This document shows, one piece after another, positions 35,321 through 48,517 of a stretch of DNA of 64,000 bases; position 1 is the first letter of the stretch; the number at the start of each line of letters is the position of its first letter. Source of the DNA: Botryllus schlosseri (taxonomy: Eukaryota); NCBI GenBank assembly GCA_051294905.1, contig CM119371.1, positions 5,458,001 through 5,522,000 on the forward strand. The letters are read 5' to 3'. The position numbers were made by a program, and so were the translations under genes. The notes below the pieces were generated by a model, which made no database searches, was not told the DNA's origin, and worked only from the letters and a program-made list of their open reading frames with translations.

Positions 35321-37762
35321 TGGTGCCAACTCGTGAGATGATTTCAGCTTCAACGAAGGACGAATCGCCTCCTACACAATTGGACTTACAACTGCTATGG
35401 AGCCATCCAGGACTTTTCCAGACTTTCACGGTAAATCCGTTTATTTGACTTCGAATTTCGGGAATGCATTTTGCAGTGAGAATGATTTATCTCACTTGGC
35501 TTTATCGGCTAGCAGCAAATTTCCTCGTTATTGCTCGATTCGTGCTTTCTATATAATTATATTAGTTGTTTGTGCTCCTATATTCAATGCTATAACATTC
35601 AGAGAACCAGATTTGAGTGATACTCTGACACTGACAAGACGTTGTTCATTGGTTTCGTTTTTATATTACGGCCTTAAAAACTATTATTTAAATCTTGACG
35701 TCTGGCTTTCTAACGAAATTATCACATCCATTCTGCGTCGGGAATTACACTGTCGGCCGCCTGATAAAATCGCTTCTCTACCCCGCGAAATCTAATAATA
35801 ACCACCGATCCACTATTCAATATTTTTATATAGAACTTCACTTTCGCACGATTAGCCTACCTGACTCGTTTACCAAACCATTTGCTTACAGTTGTTTAAT
35901 TGTTCAACAACTCCATTTCGATTTTTATTATAAATTTTGCGGTTTTCCTACCCTCATATTACCGCATAAATCACTACCAATCACCGTGGTTATTTACCAA
36001 TCTATTTTTGTTCGTTTTGTTATATTCACGGCATTTCCGTGGAACATAACTACCAATCCCATTATTTTAATTTCATAATATTCCTTTAAACCTAATTCAT
36101 ACATTACTTTCTTTTACGGTTCTAACTTCCACCTATTCATTCGTATCGCGATTTTATGTGTAATTCATGCGACATTTACTTTTGCGCGTATTTAAGCGCT
36201 GCCTTTTTAACTACCACCGTCAATGTCAATTCGATAACAATAGTGACGCGGCTTTTCGGCCGACTATAACATTGCATTCCACCGGGGTTTAATATGATAA
36301 TTCTACGGCAAATTCGGCTCTTTTTAACCGAGAATTTAGATCTCGGCTATGAACTCTTAAGATATACCAGTAGCACTGGGAATTGGGATTTTATTATTAA
36401 CTTTATTTTTCATAACGTCAATTCATCTTATGTACGCGCATTCGCATAACCTCGCTTTTGCTACAATTTCTCATAATTAGATTCGATTTTAATCACATCT
36501 TGGCGTTACTTAAAACTCAGCCTTATGCTGGAATTTGTAAATACGGAATTTGTTTCCCAATTTTTTTAAACATTGACGTCATTACATTTTTATACTAGGT
36601 CGTTGACATATTCGCTTCTAATCTTTACGTTAATAAGTACGCTTTAACACGTTGCACAATTCTTTTTTTTCCATTATTATGTCCTAGCTTAATACCTACC
36701 CGCGATAACGTAATCTGAACAATTTCAGATTTTACAACCTAGTTACATTCGATTAACGATACATATCTTTTACCCGCAATCCCATTTGGACGCAATATTA
36801 TCTAAATATCCCGTGTTATATTCTGGCAACGGACACTCCCGTTTCATATATGCTACTCCGACCTAGGAAATCAAGAATTGTTTCGGCTTATGTGTTGTGA
36901 TCCAAGGTACTTTTTTCGACCCGGGGGTATCCGAGTCTGTTCTAAAAGCGTCGGCCACGGCATTGCATACGCTGGCCCGGAACTTCCGCCCTGATCAAGC
37001 GGTTGGACGGGGTCAGTGTTGTAATTAAACTCGTGTGTCTCCAGCGCTCAGACTCGCGATATTTACGAAATCTGATACTGACGTTCACACCACGATCTGA
37101 CTCATTTCTTTGATCAACTAGGAAGTCCGTACTTACAAAAGCGTTACAGTCCATATGTATATGATATATATACTTTAATGTGAAGCACGATTCTTACTTA
37201 CGCAATTGTGCATTTCCTGTCGCGGCGTGTTTAACGGCACACGTCAATTTATTTCCGGAAACCTTTTTTATATCTGGATAGCATATGGCGCGCAGATTCA
37301 GCGATATGTCTGGATTTGTGGTATACCATGCTGTGTACATCGCTAAGGGACTTTTTTTGACATGACTGCGTGTTCGCAGCGCTAAATTCGTACATTCCAT
37401 TAGGCTACCTAACAATACAACATTTTTCGTGATTTCGGCTATTGTTATTACTTCTCTTTACATTTTTACACCCTACTTTCACGACATTACTTCTTTATAT
37501 AATTAAATGACGAATTCCCCGCGTTACGCTAAAATTGCATTCATCTTTACATGTTAATATTCCATTTCTATATACTTTTGAGCTGATCAATACACCCGGC
37601 TAACCCGACATAATTCCCATTCACTTCGAGATTCCGTACACTTTTATTAATTTCTACTTGAAAGCTCAAATTACTCACAAGGCTTATATAACCGCCTTGC
37701 GTCGCTCCGTCACGTATGGAATCGATTCAATACTTAGTACCTACCTACGCTTACATTATAGC

Positions 37763-40060
37763 CACTGGCGTAGCCAGCGAGGGGCGAAAGGGGCGATCGC
37801 CCCCCCCAAAATTTTATGAAAATTTTTCGTAAAATCAATAAATATGACATTATTTTAGGGCGGATGAATGCAACCTAAAAATTTCTTCGCGCTTCGCGCG
37901 ATTTAGTGTCTATGATCATGACTGTCTTGATTTTATTATCGGTGTCCCGAAAAAAAATCTTACGCAAATACCCACAATTGATTTTAGCTGCATTCTTAAC
38001 TATGAGAATACAACAGTACCAGTAGATACACGAGAGTAACTCAAGGTCGTCGGGTTGATTGAGTTTAGGGTTGTCAGTTCAGTATGGGGATTGGGGACTG
38101 TTAGCTCCGACAATTCCCGTTACGGGACACACGAAGACATATAAAGTAGGTTACATGCGACTCCGCAAAGTGCGCTCCCAAAATGATTGACCGACCGACG
38201 CATGTATTCGATATAGATTTTCGGGTACTTAAATGGCTGGCGCCCAATGATCCTGTCCGTGTAATCAGACTTCTCCGACATGAATGCGACTGGCACAGGA
38301 AAATATCGCCACCTCCCTTTAAAAAGTGCTAATTTGAAATCGCACGAGTCTGATCAAAGGAGTTTTGTAATTTGGTCTGGTATATATATCAGCAATTCCA
38401 ATCTCTAAACTAGCATCAATCTTTACCAGAGGTCAGCACTAAATAACCGTGCTTCAACGAAGTAATTATTAAGAATGGAATCCACTTGCTCATAACACGC
38501 ACCAATATTATTAATCAAATACTTTGATTTACTCAAAAACATGTACGCTCCGCGCGACTAGGTCCGAAATGCACACTGCTTTTCAACTGGAAGCTTCCAT
38601 AGGGTATGTGTGTGCGTGCGTCTAAGAATCGTTTGAATAAAGGGTAGTGATGAAATTGCCCATGGCAGGATGTACGGTTCTGCGAGGTGTTCCCACGGGA
38701 GAGCTTCCCTAAACTCATAAAAATCCCCCCCCCCCCCCCCGCAATAAAAAATGTAATTCTAGCTACGACCTTGTGTGTGAGAGATCTCTTGAGTGGTGAC
38801 AGCTTTCTCCGCAAGTCATGAAGTAACAGCAATAAATGACAACTGTCCCGTCCAGCGTCCACCCTATACAAACTCTAAATCAGTGGTTCTCAACCTTTTT
38901 GTCGTCGCGGACCCTCTTTGCACCTTCACGTAGGCTACCCCGGCGGACCCCCAGTTCTTATTTCAAATTTGCCTCTATTATCATGCAACCTTCATCTGTC
39001 TTGTGCAATTATTATCTGTAGGCTAGTGATAAACAACAGCGAGATGACCTTTCTTGAAAATAACACCGACTTTTTATTATTTTAAAGCGAATTCTGTAGC
39101 TGCATTTCTTGAAATACAGGGCTATGTCTTGAAAATCCACGTCGTCGATTTGATATGAACGAGTGCCGAGAATCCATTTCCACAGAGATCGGTGGTGGCG
39201 AATGTAATAATAACGCGTAACGCGTCAGACGACACATTTGGTTATGATGGCAACATATATACATGGATCAATATATCCTCCAGCCTAGTCATTTCTATCT
39301 AGCAGCTCATCGTGAAGTTATTCTGGAATAGCGGTCGGTGTATTTCATAGGAGAAAATGGATCTCGGCGTACAATTATTTCCAAAACCCCAGCAAAACAT
39401 CCCTAAACAGCAATGTGTTCGTATAAGTAGGCTATTGGCAATTAAAATGACTTTGCACGGTGGAATATTTCATCTCAGACGGCCATTCTCTGTTTATGTG
39501 AGTCCTGAACTTTCAGCAGTTATGAAGCGAAAGTGCTTCATCATCTCTCTAATTTAAAACAAACCAAAAATAGTTTATTATTATTAGGTTATCAACCATT
39601 TTGCAAATTTGGAGTTTTCGTGGATCCCTTGAAAAGGCTTTGCGGATCACCGGTTGAGAACCACTGCTCTAAATAGTCTTGCCGTGTGTTATGAACATAG
39701 TTCAAGTGTACTAGCCCTGAATGTTCGATGACACCACTTCTATCAGCTTTGCCGGTAAATCTGATAATGACAATGTATTTGCAATATGCAAGTAACAATA
39801 TAATGAACAATTTTCATTCTTAAACCAAAAATTTTTCGCGCTTCGCGCCAAAGTATTGACGTCAGAGTTTTCTACAATCACACATCACTTTATGTGAGCG
39901 GAATATATGCATAAAGATCGCGTCAGATGTTGTGTTAATCATCCAATAAGGGCCAAGACCATCGTTTTAGCCCATTTTTCCTTATCTTTAGGCGGGAGGG
40001 GCTCATTTACGTCATCGAATTTTTCGCCCCCCCCAAATATTTTTTCTGGCTACGCCCTTG
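37763..40060. mobile_element. Composite non-autonomous hAT element, copy 1 (inside the LTR element)
   Basis: TIRs CACTGGCGTAGCCAG / CTGGCTACGCCCTTG. Exact TSD ATTATAGC. Near-identical inverted copy at 58798-61090. Confidence 0.95.
38881..39666 (-). mobile_element. Charlie/Buster-type deletion derivative nested in composite copy 1
   Basis: TIRs CAGTGGTTCTCAACC / GGTTGAGAACCACTG. TSD CTCTAAAT. Remnant PNVSSDALRVIITFATTDLCGNGFSALVHIKS resembles the hAT C-terminal dimerisation motif. Confidence 0.92.
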
Positions 40061-41702
40061 ATTATAGCGTATACTCCCTATCGTATCATCCCTATCGGTG
40101 CAGATTTTCATTACTTCATATCTGGTCCGCTGAAATACAATGTGTTTATTGTATTTACCTTCTTTTTCAATTTGTCATTAGCCATTAGGCTACTTTTATT
40201 GCTATTATTATTTTCCTACTTTGTGAAATAGCCTTTTTGCTGCCGATATTGCTTTCGCATCCCAGATTCGTCGTCGTCTGCCAACGGGTCTATCGCGAAC
40301 CGCCGAAATGCTCACTACTGCACAACATTCCTCCGCTCTCCGATTCCGGCCTATGTCAACATTTCGGGACATACAAGTTCAACATGGCTTTGGTAACACC
40401 ACGTATTATACGCATTTTAAAGCCGACTTCAACAGTCGTGAAGAATATTCGCACAACAGGCGATGCGCGTTTTAACCTTGGCGGAGTGAACTAATTGGAT
40501 CTAAATACAATCGTTATTGAGCAATGAGCATTGACTGTTAATTAATCCAGGCAGGTTCGCGACCCACGGTGCACGGTTTAACTGTATATAAATAATTATT
40601 CGGTCTTCCTAAAGACTGATGGACATTTGACATTTCCATCGCGATGAATTTCCTAATCCTTGAAATATTAGCATTCATGAACTTTTTCTATTATATTATA
40701 TTAATTTTCGTCAATCGCACGTGGAAACCACGCTTCTCTTGCATGGCCGGTTATCGCGGGAACAATCCCGTAACCCGGATACCCAAAGTGGATTTTGATT
40801 GACAGACATTTCCCGCAACCTCTTCCGAGATACTGATTTGTTTTGCCTACATTTTGAGAGATACTTGCTACTTGGTTTGTATAATTTTCCCCTATTGCGG
40901 CAGACTTAACGCCGCCGCCCCCGTACCTTCTAATGTGATAATTGGTCTTCCCCGCTGTCGTGGGATTTTCGGCGGCTAACAATAACACACATCTATCCCA
41001 TTTCCCACACTAATTACCTATTCGTCATGCCGTATTCCGCGGCGCCGTTGTTTGTCATATATCGAACCGATTGTCGGCCATTTTGTATTCAATTGTATTC
41101 AATTTTTCCTTTTTCATTTTAATACAGCTTTCATAAAATTGCCTTTTACAAGCCGTTCTGGTATCTTGAACCACGTGTTTCGACTAATTTCAAAAGTAGT
41201 TTTGACTATAATATGCTCCCAAACCATACACTAGATTCCGCTTATAGGATTTTGCCTTTACAAATAACAGACACTCATTTTCGAGTTACCACCAATTCGT
41301 TCTAGCGTATGACGCATTCGCCATACCCAATGTCAATTCCTTTGTGAACATATTTTTTCTTTCATTTATTGTTCTTTTAAATAAAATACAAAAATTGCCT
41401 CAGATATAACCAATTCGCCATTTTGACTATATCTAACCTAGCCTTAACGTGTTATCAATACACTATGCGGTTTCATTGCTATCATGTTGTATAAATAGTG
41501 CGGTCATACAATATCGCATTTTAAATTGACGTTATCACCCTTCTACCAATACTTTATTAACTACACACTTCGGCCTTACCTCGTTAAACCACATGCTATG
41601 TGTTATATGTTGAAATTATTTCGTTTCGTAATCTTACTGCTATTCAATGCATGTAAATTTCATTTTCTATTGTCGCTAATCACGCCTTTTTAGCAGAGGC
41701 GA

Positions 41703-42081
41703 TGTGGAACGCCCTGCGCCCTCTCACGGTTCATACACTTTGTAAGATACAACATCATTATGGTACATCGCCTATATCTGTATATCACGTGACTTATATC
41801 TTTCTTCTCGCAACCACGTGACTTACCATTTATCAGCTCGTGCATTTCAATTACAAACTAGACTCATCTGCGATTTCCTACTGTATATTCCATACATATT
41901 CGACCAATATATCTATCTGAGGCAATACTGTCGTTGCATTCACGTTGAAGTTGTCAGATCCAGGACTAACGCAGGGACGTGCGTCTACTACTAAAGAGCT
42001 AAGTATATCTACCCAGCCACACATTACGTGGGACTCAGGTTACAACTCTAGCAGGTTATCAGACGCCATATCTGGTCTGCA
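41703..42081 (+). repeat. 3' LTR
   Basis: Direct repeat of 34942-35320, followed by TSD CTAC. Confidence 0.95.
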
Positions 42082-42407
42082 CTACTAAATAAATACAGTC
42101 CATCCTCAAGATTACCGGACCACGACTGACCTATCGATCTCGCTTCCAATGACATGCCGCCCTATTTCTTGTCGCTTTCTTTTTCTATACTGTATTCTTT
42201 ACTTTCATTCAGTGTGCATGCCTCCTCTTTACTACGCCTAGGCCAAGGTGGGTGTCCGATTCCATTGACAAATCCAAGTCGCTTCGACATCTTCCTGTCT
42301 ATTCATTGTATCGCATTTTTTGTGGTGTATTGAACTGATAAAATTGCTAATAAACCAATGATGATGATGATGATGCCAACTCCGGACCACAGGGTAGGTT
42401 CGATCAC

Positions 42408-42920
42408 GTTTACAATAAGAACAATTTTGTTCACAATAAGAACAGTCTCATGTTCACAATAACAACAGTCGCTATATTCACAATAACATCAGTCGCAGCA
42501 CCAACATATTCCCCGGACACTTTGTCAGAGTGGCAACATGGTACGAACACAACCCAGACATGAAGTACGAACACCCCCAGACACGATGTCCGAGTGTCAA
42601 CGCAGTCCGAACACACGCCAGACACGATGTCCGAGTGTCAACGCAGTCCGAACACACCCAGACACGGTGTCCGAACGCCCCCAGACATGATGTTCGAACA
42701 TGATGTCCGAACATCCTCCATACACGTTGTCCGAACTCGAACAGTCTCATGTTCACAATAAGAACAACCATGTTCACAATAAGAACAGTCTCATGTTCAC
42801 AATAAGAACAGTCTCATGTTGACAATAAGAGCAGTCATGTTCACAATAAGAACAGTCTCATGTTCACAATAGGAACAGTCATATTCACAATAAGAACAAT
42901 CTCATGTTCACAATAAGAAC
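42408..42920. repeat. Compound tandem repeat: 21-23-bp (ATGTTCACAATAAGAACAGTCTC)n flanking about 41-bp (CCAGACACGATGTCCGA..)n
   Basis: Directly visible. Probably the modular terminus of a foldback-type element. Confidence 0.8.
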
Positions 42921-43858
42921 GCATATTTATACGTGTTTTGACCTCATCAGTTGACGAAATGAATTTCAGTTAACTCAAAAAGCACATAATATATAAAGAA
43001 TATGCCACTAGTTGTCGACATTTGGCACTTTCAACGACGGCATAGATAGAACGGGTGAATGGATACTTTGTCTCAACAAATTACACCTCCTCAATCTTTT
43101 TCAACAGCCAACCCCTACATCTTGACAGCTGGCCAGTAGCAAAGTAGCCTACTTCTACTTATCGGCGTTCTCAATCCGACTTACTCGAATGTCTTCGTCT
43201 TTGCACTACTTCTCGCAACTCTAGTTACATGACATACTTTGTATTTTGAAAAGTATAACGAAATTTAGGACAAGTCTGTGAGACTATATCCCTTTTACGA
43301 GTGAATGTGTCACAAAAATTGGACAAAACACCTGTATCACGGTAACAGAATATCTTTCAAATATTGGAACTATACATAGTGTCGTCCTTTATTGTGTTCG
43401 TCCAAACAATACATATTACCATTTCGAAAATACACACCTAAGATTAACTGCTTGTAGCACACCTTAACCAAATCAGTTTTTTTCAAATACAGTAGTCACC
43501 ACACTACTTTTCAGGTATTTCCTGATCTGTTACCGCTAGTGGCTAGTATTTTTGAAATGTCTGAAAAATCGCCAGTTCTACTCGTGATTCAGTGGAAATT
43601 TACCTCGTGACTTTGATTTCTACTTCAAATCGAGTAGCAAGGTCAGACTACTTTTGACCACTCCTGCATCAAAACTGTGACGCCAAACAAAGGCTTTTGC
43701 GAAAATTCATTTCGACATCTATTTCGATAAATACTATCAGCTCGATTTACAGGAGTTGGAATATGGAAACGAACAATACATTCCTATTCAGCTTAGATGA
43801 ATAAACATGTAGAAAATATATACAGATGTATTGCTCGTTGTATTGAGCGTATCAAGAT

Positions 43859-44031
43859 TCATCTTCTAAAATCTAAAGTAGCGTCTTCAAACGTGAGTCT
43901 TTCCAGCATAAAATCTGTGTATCGCAAGCCAGCGCCAAAACTTTTGTAGGTTGTGAGGTTATTTTAGTGGTCGATGTAAGTCACGGCTTCCCTCAGAGGA
44001 CACAGAATCACTTTGGCGAGTTCCTGCTGTC
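43859..44031 (-). pseudogene. PLK1: PLK pseudo-exon: polo box 2/C-terminus
   Basis: QELAKVILCPLREAVTYIDH*NNLTTY..LERLTF, preceded by acceptor TTTTCTATCATACAG. Confidence 0.85.
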
Positions 44032-44694
44032 CTGTATGATAGAAAAGCATATATTAAAGCCCTCGCACAAGTGATCAAAGTAATCAGATATGCAAGTCAA
44101 GTAGAAGTAACTTCGTAAATTTACATGAAATTGCAAGCTTAACTAGATGGTGGTCAAAGTAGTTACCGATGCTACTCAAGTAGAGGTAACCTAGTTTACT
44201 GTCACTGAACTACAAGTAGTAAAGTTAAATTTGGTCCAAGTAGACAGGATATTTTAGCGAATCCATCATTTTCAAGTGCAATCACTTCGCTTCTACCTGT
44301 TAGAGGTGTGCAAAAATGAGCAAGCATCGTTCTTTCAGACAATGTAACAATTTCGTGAGTGGACAGTAAAATCTGAATTTTCATTGAATTTTTTTTCATA
44401 ATGAATTCGAAATTTCTAAACATCTGCCAGTTGGGATCGGGCCTATGGTGTCGATTTTTTAGGCAGCACAACAATTTCCTCAGTGAATCCCGAAATCCTG
44501 AAAGAAGATAGTTTTGAACAACCCTAGTGCTCGCTGCTCAGTAACGAAGTATATTTTCCCACTTGCACCACTGTCTCAAGTGCTCATTATTTTGAATACT
44601 TCTAGTTTGCCATTTCAGTTTTGTTTGCCAAACTAGGCTTAGAAAATCTACATTCTACATACTTTCAAATCACTACTTCTACTTGAGTAGCAAC

Positions 44695-45083
44695 CAGGGT
44701 TGTAACCAAGTGACAAGGTTCCGAGTCACAAGTCAAACTCACTTTTATAGTTTTGATTCGAGTCAAGTCGAGTCATTTTCAATTCACCCGAGTCAAGCCC
44801 GAAACCAAGTCATAGTGTTGTGACTCAAGTCCAAGTCATTATGTTCACTGTTCAGTTTTCAGCTCAATTCGGTTCAACTCACTTTTTAAACTCTGCTCGA
44901 GTGACATTGAATGGCCCGCATTTATAATATCATAATTTTCCTCAGTCGTAACAGTTTCTGGCCCTATTTTCCAATGATCAGGACTGATAGACGAAATACC
45001 AATCATGTGGTGGCTTTACCATCCTTTGAATTGACAATGAAATGTCTGTCGTGGCCGTCTTGAGCTCAAGTCATTACAACCTG
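44695..45083. mobile_element. hAT-type MITE (same family as 31123-31677) in a PLK intron
   Basis: CAGGGTTGTAA / TTACAACCTG ends. Exact TSD GTAGCAAC. Confidence 0.9.
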
Positions 45084-45442
45084 GTAGCAACGTTAACTGC
45101 TACTTGAATTAGATTTAGCGTGTCTTAAACCCCTACTTCCGCATGTAATCGAGTAGAAATCCATGTTGCTACTTCTACTTCTACAACGCTGACAGCTACT
45201 TGAAGTAGATTTGTCATGTCCTAAAACAGTTTCTTGTACTTGAGTACACCGATTAAGTGGTAGCACTTCTTTACTGACCACTTCTCATTGGTATAGGCTA
45301 TCAGTATAGAATCATCACTTGTTGTTTTACAATAAAATTGCAACAATATTATTTGGCTCACATCGATCAATCACTAGGACATGTACTTTCTTGGTTAGAG
45401 TGCTCAGGTATTGTTGGAGTGTGTAGTAGGACACTGTCACGC

Positions 45443-45517
45443 CTCTGTTGGCGCACAGAAGCATTCGCGTGCTATCGTTGAAAAGTGCTTCGTCGCCGTT
45501 GTCACATCGTGGGGAGC
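45443..45517 (-). pseudogene. PLK1: PLK pseudo-exon: polo box 1
   Basis: PRCDNGDEALFNDSTRMLL resembles PLK1 QLCDNSVGVLFNDSTRLIL. Acceptor ATATTTCAG. Confidence 0.82.
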
Positions 45518-46219
45518 CTGAAATATGAAGTGAATCAATCAAAATTCATACAATATTTTGGAGCACAAACAAACATTTCAAGCAGACTTGTACAAACTAC
45601 CAGTTGGTCAACGGTAAACTAACTGCTGGATTTCCGAGTTCTGATTTTCTAGTTGTTATAGCCAGAATTGAAGAGAGAGTAGTTTCAGTTATAGTTACTA
45701 GTTTTGAAAAGTGACTAGTTCTAGTTGCGGCAACAGTGAGCTACTCCCACTCCCATTTTCGACTTGTAGGCTACATTATGACACTATAACTACCACTCCG
45801 TCTCAATATTAGAGTCAGGTGAATAATTCGATGTACGTTCAACTCGACAATATCAATATACGTCTTGCGGGAAGAATATGACAAACTTCCATCAAACCCC
45901 TAATTTCTCAAACAGACCTGACGCAGAAACAGACGCTCTTCTCATAATGCTTCTGTGGTGTAAAAACCCCTTCTCTAGTTGCAAGTTTTGTCAAGTCAGC
46001 AATGCAGTTGCAGATTGGAAAAGTGAGCAGTTCCACTTCTAGTTTAGCTTTAAAAAAATGAGCTATTCTAGTTATAGATGAAGATTTAGCAAAGTAAGTT
46101 CTAGCTTCAGATTTTGAAGTGAGCAGTTTGAGATCTAGAGTTGAGTTTTGAAAGTGTGTAGTTCTAGCTCTAATTTTAAAATCCTGTAATTTGTACAAAT
46201 CTGATACCAAGATTTCCAG

Positions 46220-46283
46220 ACCAAATCCTGCTTTATCCGTTAAATCCACCCATTTGCTAATCGGCTGGGTCTTGTGTCTCATC
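46220..46283 (-). pseudogene. PLK1: PLK pseudo-exon: polo cap/start of polo box 1
   Basis: DETQDPA, then a deletion/frameshift, then ISKWVDLTDKAGFG. PLK1 reads EEAEDPA..VSKWVDYSDKYGLG. Confidence 0.82.
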
Positions 46284-47907
46284 AGTTGAATTAAAAAGAG
46301 TTTTGAAATACGGAAATTTACAAGTCGGCCAGGGCTAAGAATCATTTAGGTGAAGTCACACACCAGTAACAGTTGTGATGTATCTGCTCAACACGACATG
46401 GACACGGAATTCCCAATAACTTTGAATGTAAACATTTCCTTGTGAATTTTAAGATCATCACTGGTTCAGAATAATTTTGGATTCCTGGTTATCGGCCAGA
46501 ATTGCGTCAATGTCATTTTACAAACTGGATTGGAACAGGAAATGTTTGATATTTTAATCAGAGCTGACTTGGGTAACTAGAAAATTATAATCTAATTTGT
46601 GAAATGTTTCTTTGCTCTCGTTGTAATTTAATTTCTGGATTTCCTGAAAATACTACAGGAGAACTGTACCGTGCAAAGCAAATCTAGCTGTCACAGATAT
46701 TTGCATTCTCATGCCTATAAGAACAAACTATGAATTGATACGAAATGAACTTGATTAAATGTCAAATTTTCGCAATTCCAGTAATTCTAATTATAATCTA
46801 ATTTGGAGAAAAACTGTGTAGCTCTAATACTGATTTTTATCAAGTTTGAAAATAAAAACTATGAAGATATCATTCTAATTACAGTCTAATTTTAAAAAAT
46901 GTTTCACTGCAATTCTTATTCTAATATAATTCTGAAAAGGTTGAAATTTTCAAGTTGTCCAAGTCTGCCTCGGAGTCGCCGCGCCACTCATGAATTGATT
47001 TGAGCTAATACCAAATTCGGATTTCAAGTGATCAAATCTCTGATTCGTAGAAATACCCTACGCTTCAAAGAGGAAGTCTATCCGGAATGAAAACATCATA
47101 GACTACACAAAGCTTCACCCATGTTGATAGATGATAGCAAACTACTGCGTTAGATTGGTATCGATCAATATCTGAAGCTGAGCATCCGATTCTGCCATAT
47201 GTTACTGCATTATGAGTGCCGCCTCTCGCTTGTCACAAACTAGTGTCTGTGTCTCTGTATTAGCAGCACCTGTAAAATGAAACAAGAAGAATTGTTACTA
47301 GTCGAGAATAGCACCACCTTTGTGATAAGTTGGTAAAACTTCATATTAATAGTTAGAGTGTGAATTATTAGGATTCTTTAAATTTGAAGTCATACATCAT
47401 ACGTTTCCCAATTCATAACGTGATTATCAGGCATCGTCACCTACACTAAGCGTAAAATATTATTAACGAAAAATAGTTTCAATACTTCACTATGGCTATT
47501 GGAATCCTGAACCGCTGTTAGCCATATCTCAGAATCTAAAGACATGTTGCACAATATTACGAACATTCACAAAATAAAGATTTCTCTTAGTGATCAACTT
47601 GCACAATAGCTACAGAAGAGTCATGCTTCAAAAATACGAAATTATTTTGTATGTAGTGTAGCTGGCATCGTCCTTGGGGCCACGAACAATACATATGTCA
47701 CCTTTTAAAGTTATTACAACTGTTATTAACTTGATATTACGGTGTACTCGAATACTATACTGAAATCTATCAATACATTTGGATTCAAATCACCCAGGTA
47801 CTCGATTTTACCAAACCCTACAGCTTAGCAAGGTTGGGAGTATCTGTCATGTATTGTTTTCATTCAGTGTGCATACCTCTTATTCACTTCGCATAGGCTA
47901 AGGTGGG

Positions 47908-48326
47908 TATATATATATATCGACTTTCAATTAAATAATTAAATAAAAAGGACAAAAAGGGCATTTTTCCATTGCAGCGTAGTCTTGTGATGTTTTTGAA
48001 ACAGTGAAAATATGAATAAACCGGATTGATTGGCCGATATCGGATTTTGGAGTCACATACAATTCTGATACATCAGGTCGACATTCAAAAGGTATGGCAT
48101 GTAGATCAACGCTCTGTAATCGGCCTCCATGCAGAAAAAAGATTTCACTGCATCCATAAAAAACATAAAATGCCATCCACAGGTGCTGGTGACGTCATAT
48201 TTTGTGTTACGATTGTTGATACACGCTATTCTTTCGAATTCTCTACTAGTTGCTGACGATTGCCCCTGACGAGTGTCAGCCGAAAATATTCGGGTTCATT
48301 TCAATATGAATATACTATTCAATTGT
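47908..48326 (+). mobile_element. Penelope-like pseudo-LTR-containing insertion
   Basis: 48181-48326 matches the pLTR at 31090-32232. It begins with (TA)n CGACTTT, also seen at about 23445-23465. Confidence 0.7.
48262..48295 (+). ncRNA. Minimal type I hammerhead ribozyme (Penelope pLTR)
   Basis: GCCC CUGACGA G-UGUCAGC-C GAAA AUAU UC GGGU. Confidence 0.75.
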
Positions 48327-48334
48327 ATGTTGTA

Positions 48335-48517
48335 TGTATCCCAGAGACCAGGTGTCCATTTCAATCCTTTGCCCATTCTTCCCGAGAACTTCCGGGGCAA
48401 TATAGTCGGGTGTGGCTCAAAACGTGTTCTTTGTTTGGTTGTCAAGTCGGTGTTGGTAGCTAGGCCAAAATTTCAAATCTTCATCTTCATGTTGTCGTTC
48501 CGGAGGAGGTTCTCCAG
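48335..48517 (-). pseudogene. PLK1: PLK pseudo-exon 4 (activation segment), downstream copy
   Basis: LENLLRNDNMKMKI*NFGLAT..TPDYIAPEVLGKNG..EMDTWSLG. Acceptor TCTTGACAG. Confidence 0.88.

Larger units (their letters stand above)
34942..42081 (+). mobile_element. Non-autonomous Ty3/Gypsy-type LTR retrotransposon
   Basis: Two 379-bp TG..CA LTRs and a 4-bp TSD CTAC. PBS-like TGGTGCCAACTCGTGAGA directly after the 5' LTR. Purine tract AGCAGAGGCGA before the 3' LTR. No long gag/pol ORF, only ghost motifs. Confidence 0.93.
34257..42375 (+). mobile_element. 5'-truncated CR1/L2-group LINE (RT C-terminus, 3' UTR, (ATG)n tail), split by the LTR element
   Basis: KYLGVLLDSNMSWKSHI..LFKSLIQSKLHYGILCWG..LQKLQHKVLRII..HKYNTR..SIKYAGPDVWNSIP..FKSKYKQLL. 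The frame resumes after 42085 (LNKYS..). Ends AATAAACCA(ATG)n at about 42375. Confidence 0.92.

Noticed and set aside
38533..39810. Short ORFs repeated at 59049-60320, suggesting conserved small genes
   Set aside because: They recur only because the composite hAT element is duplicated.
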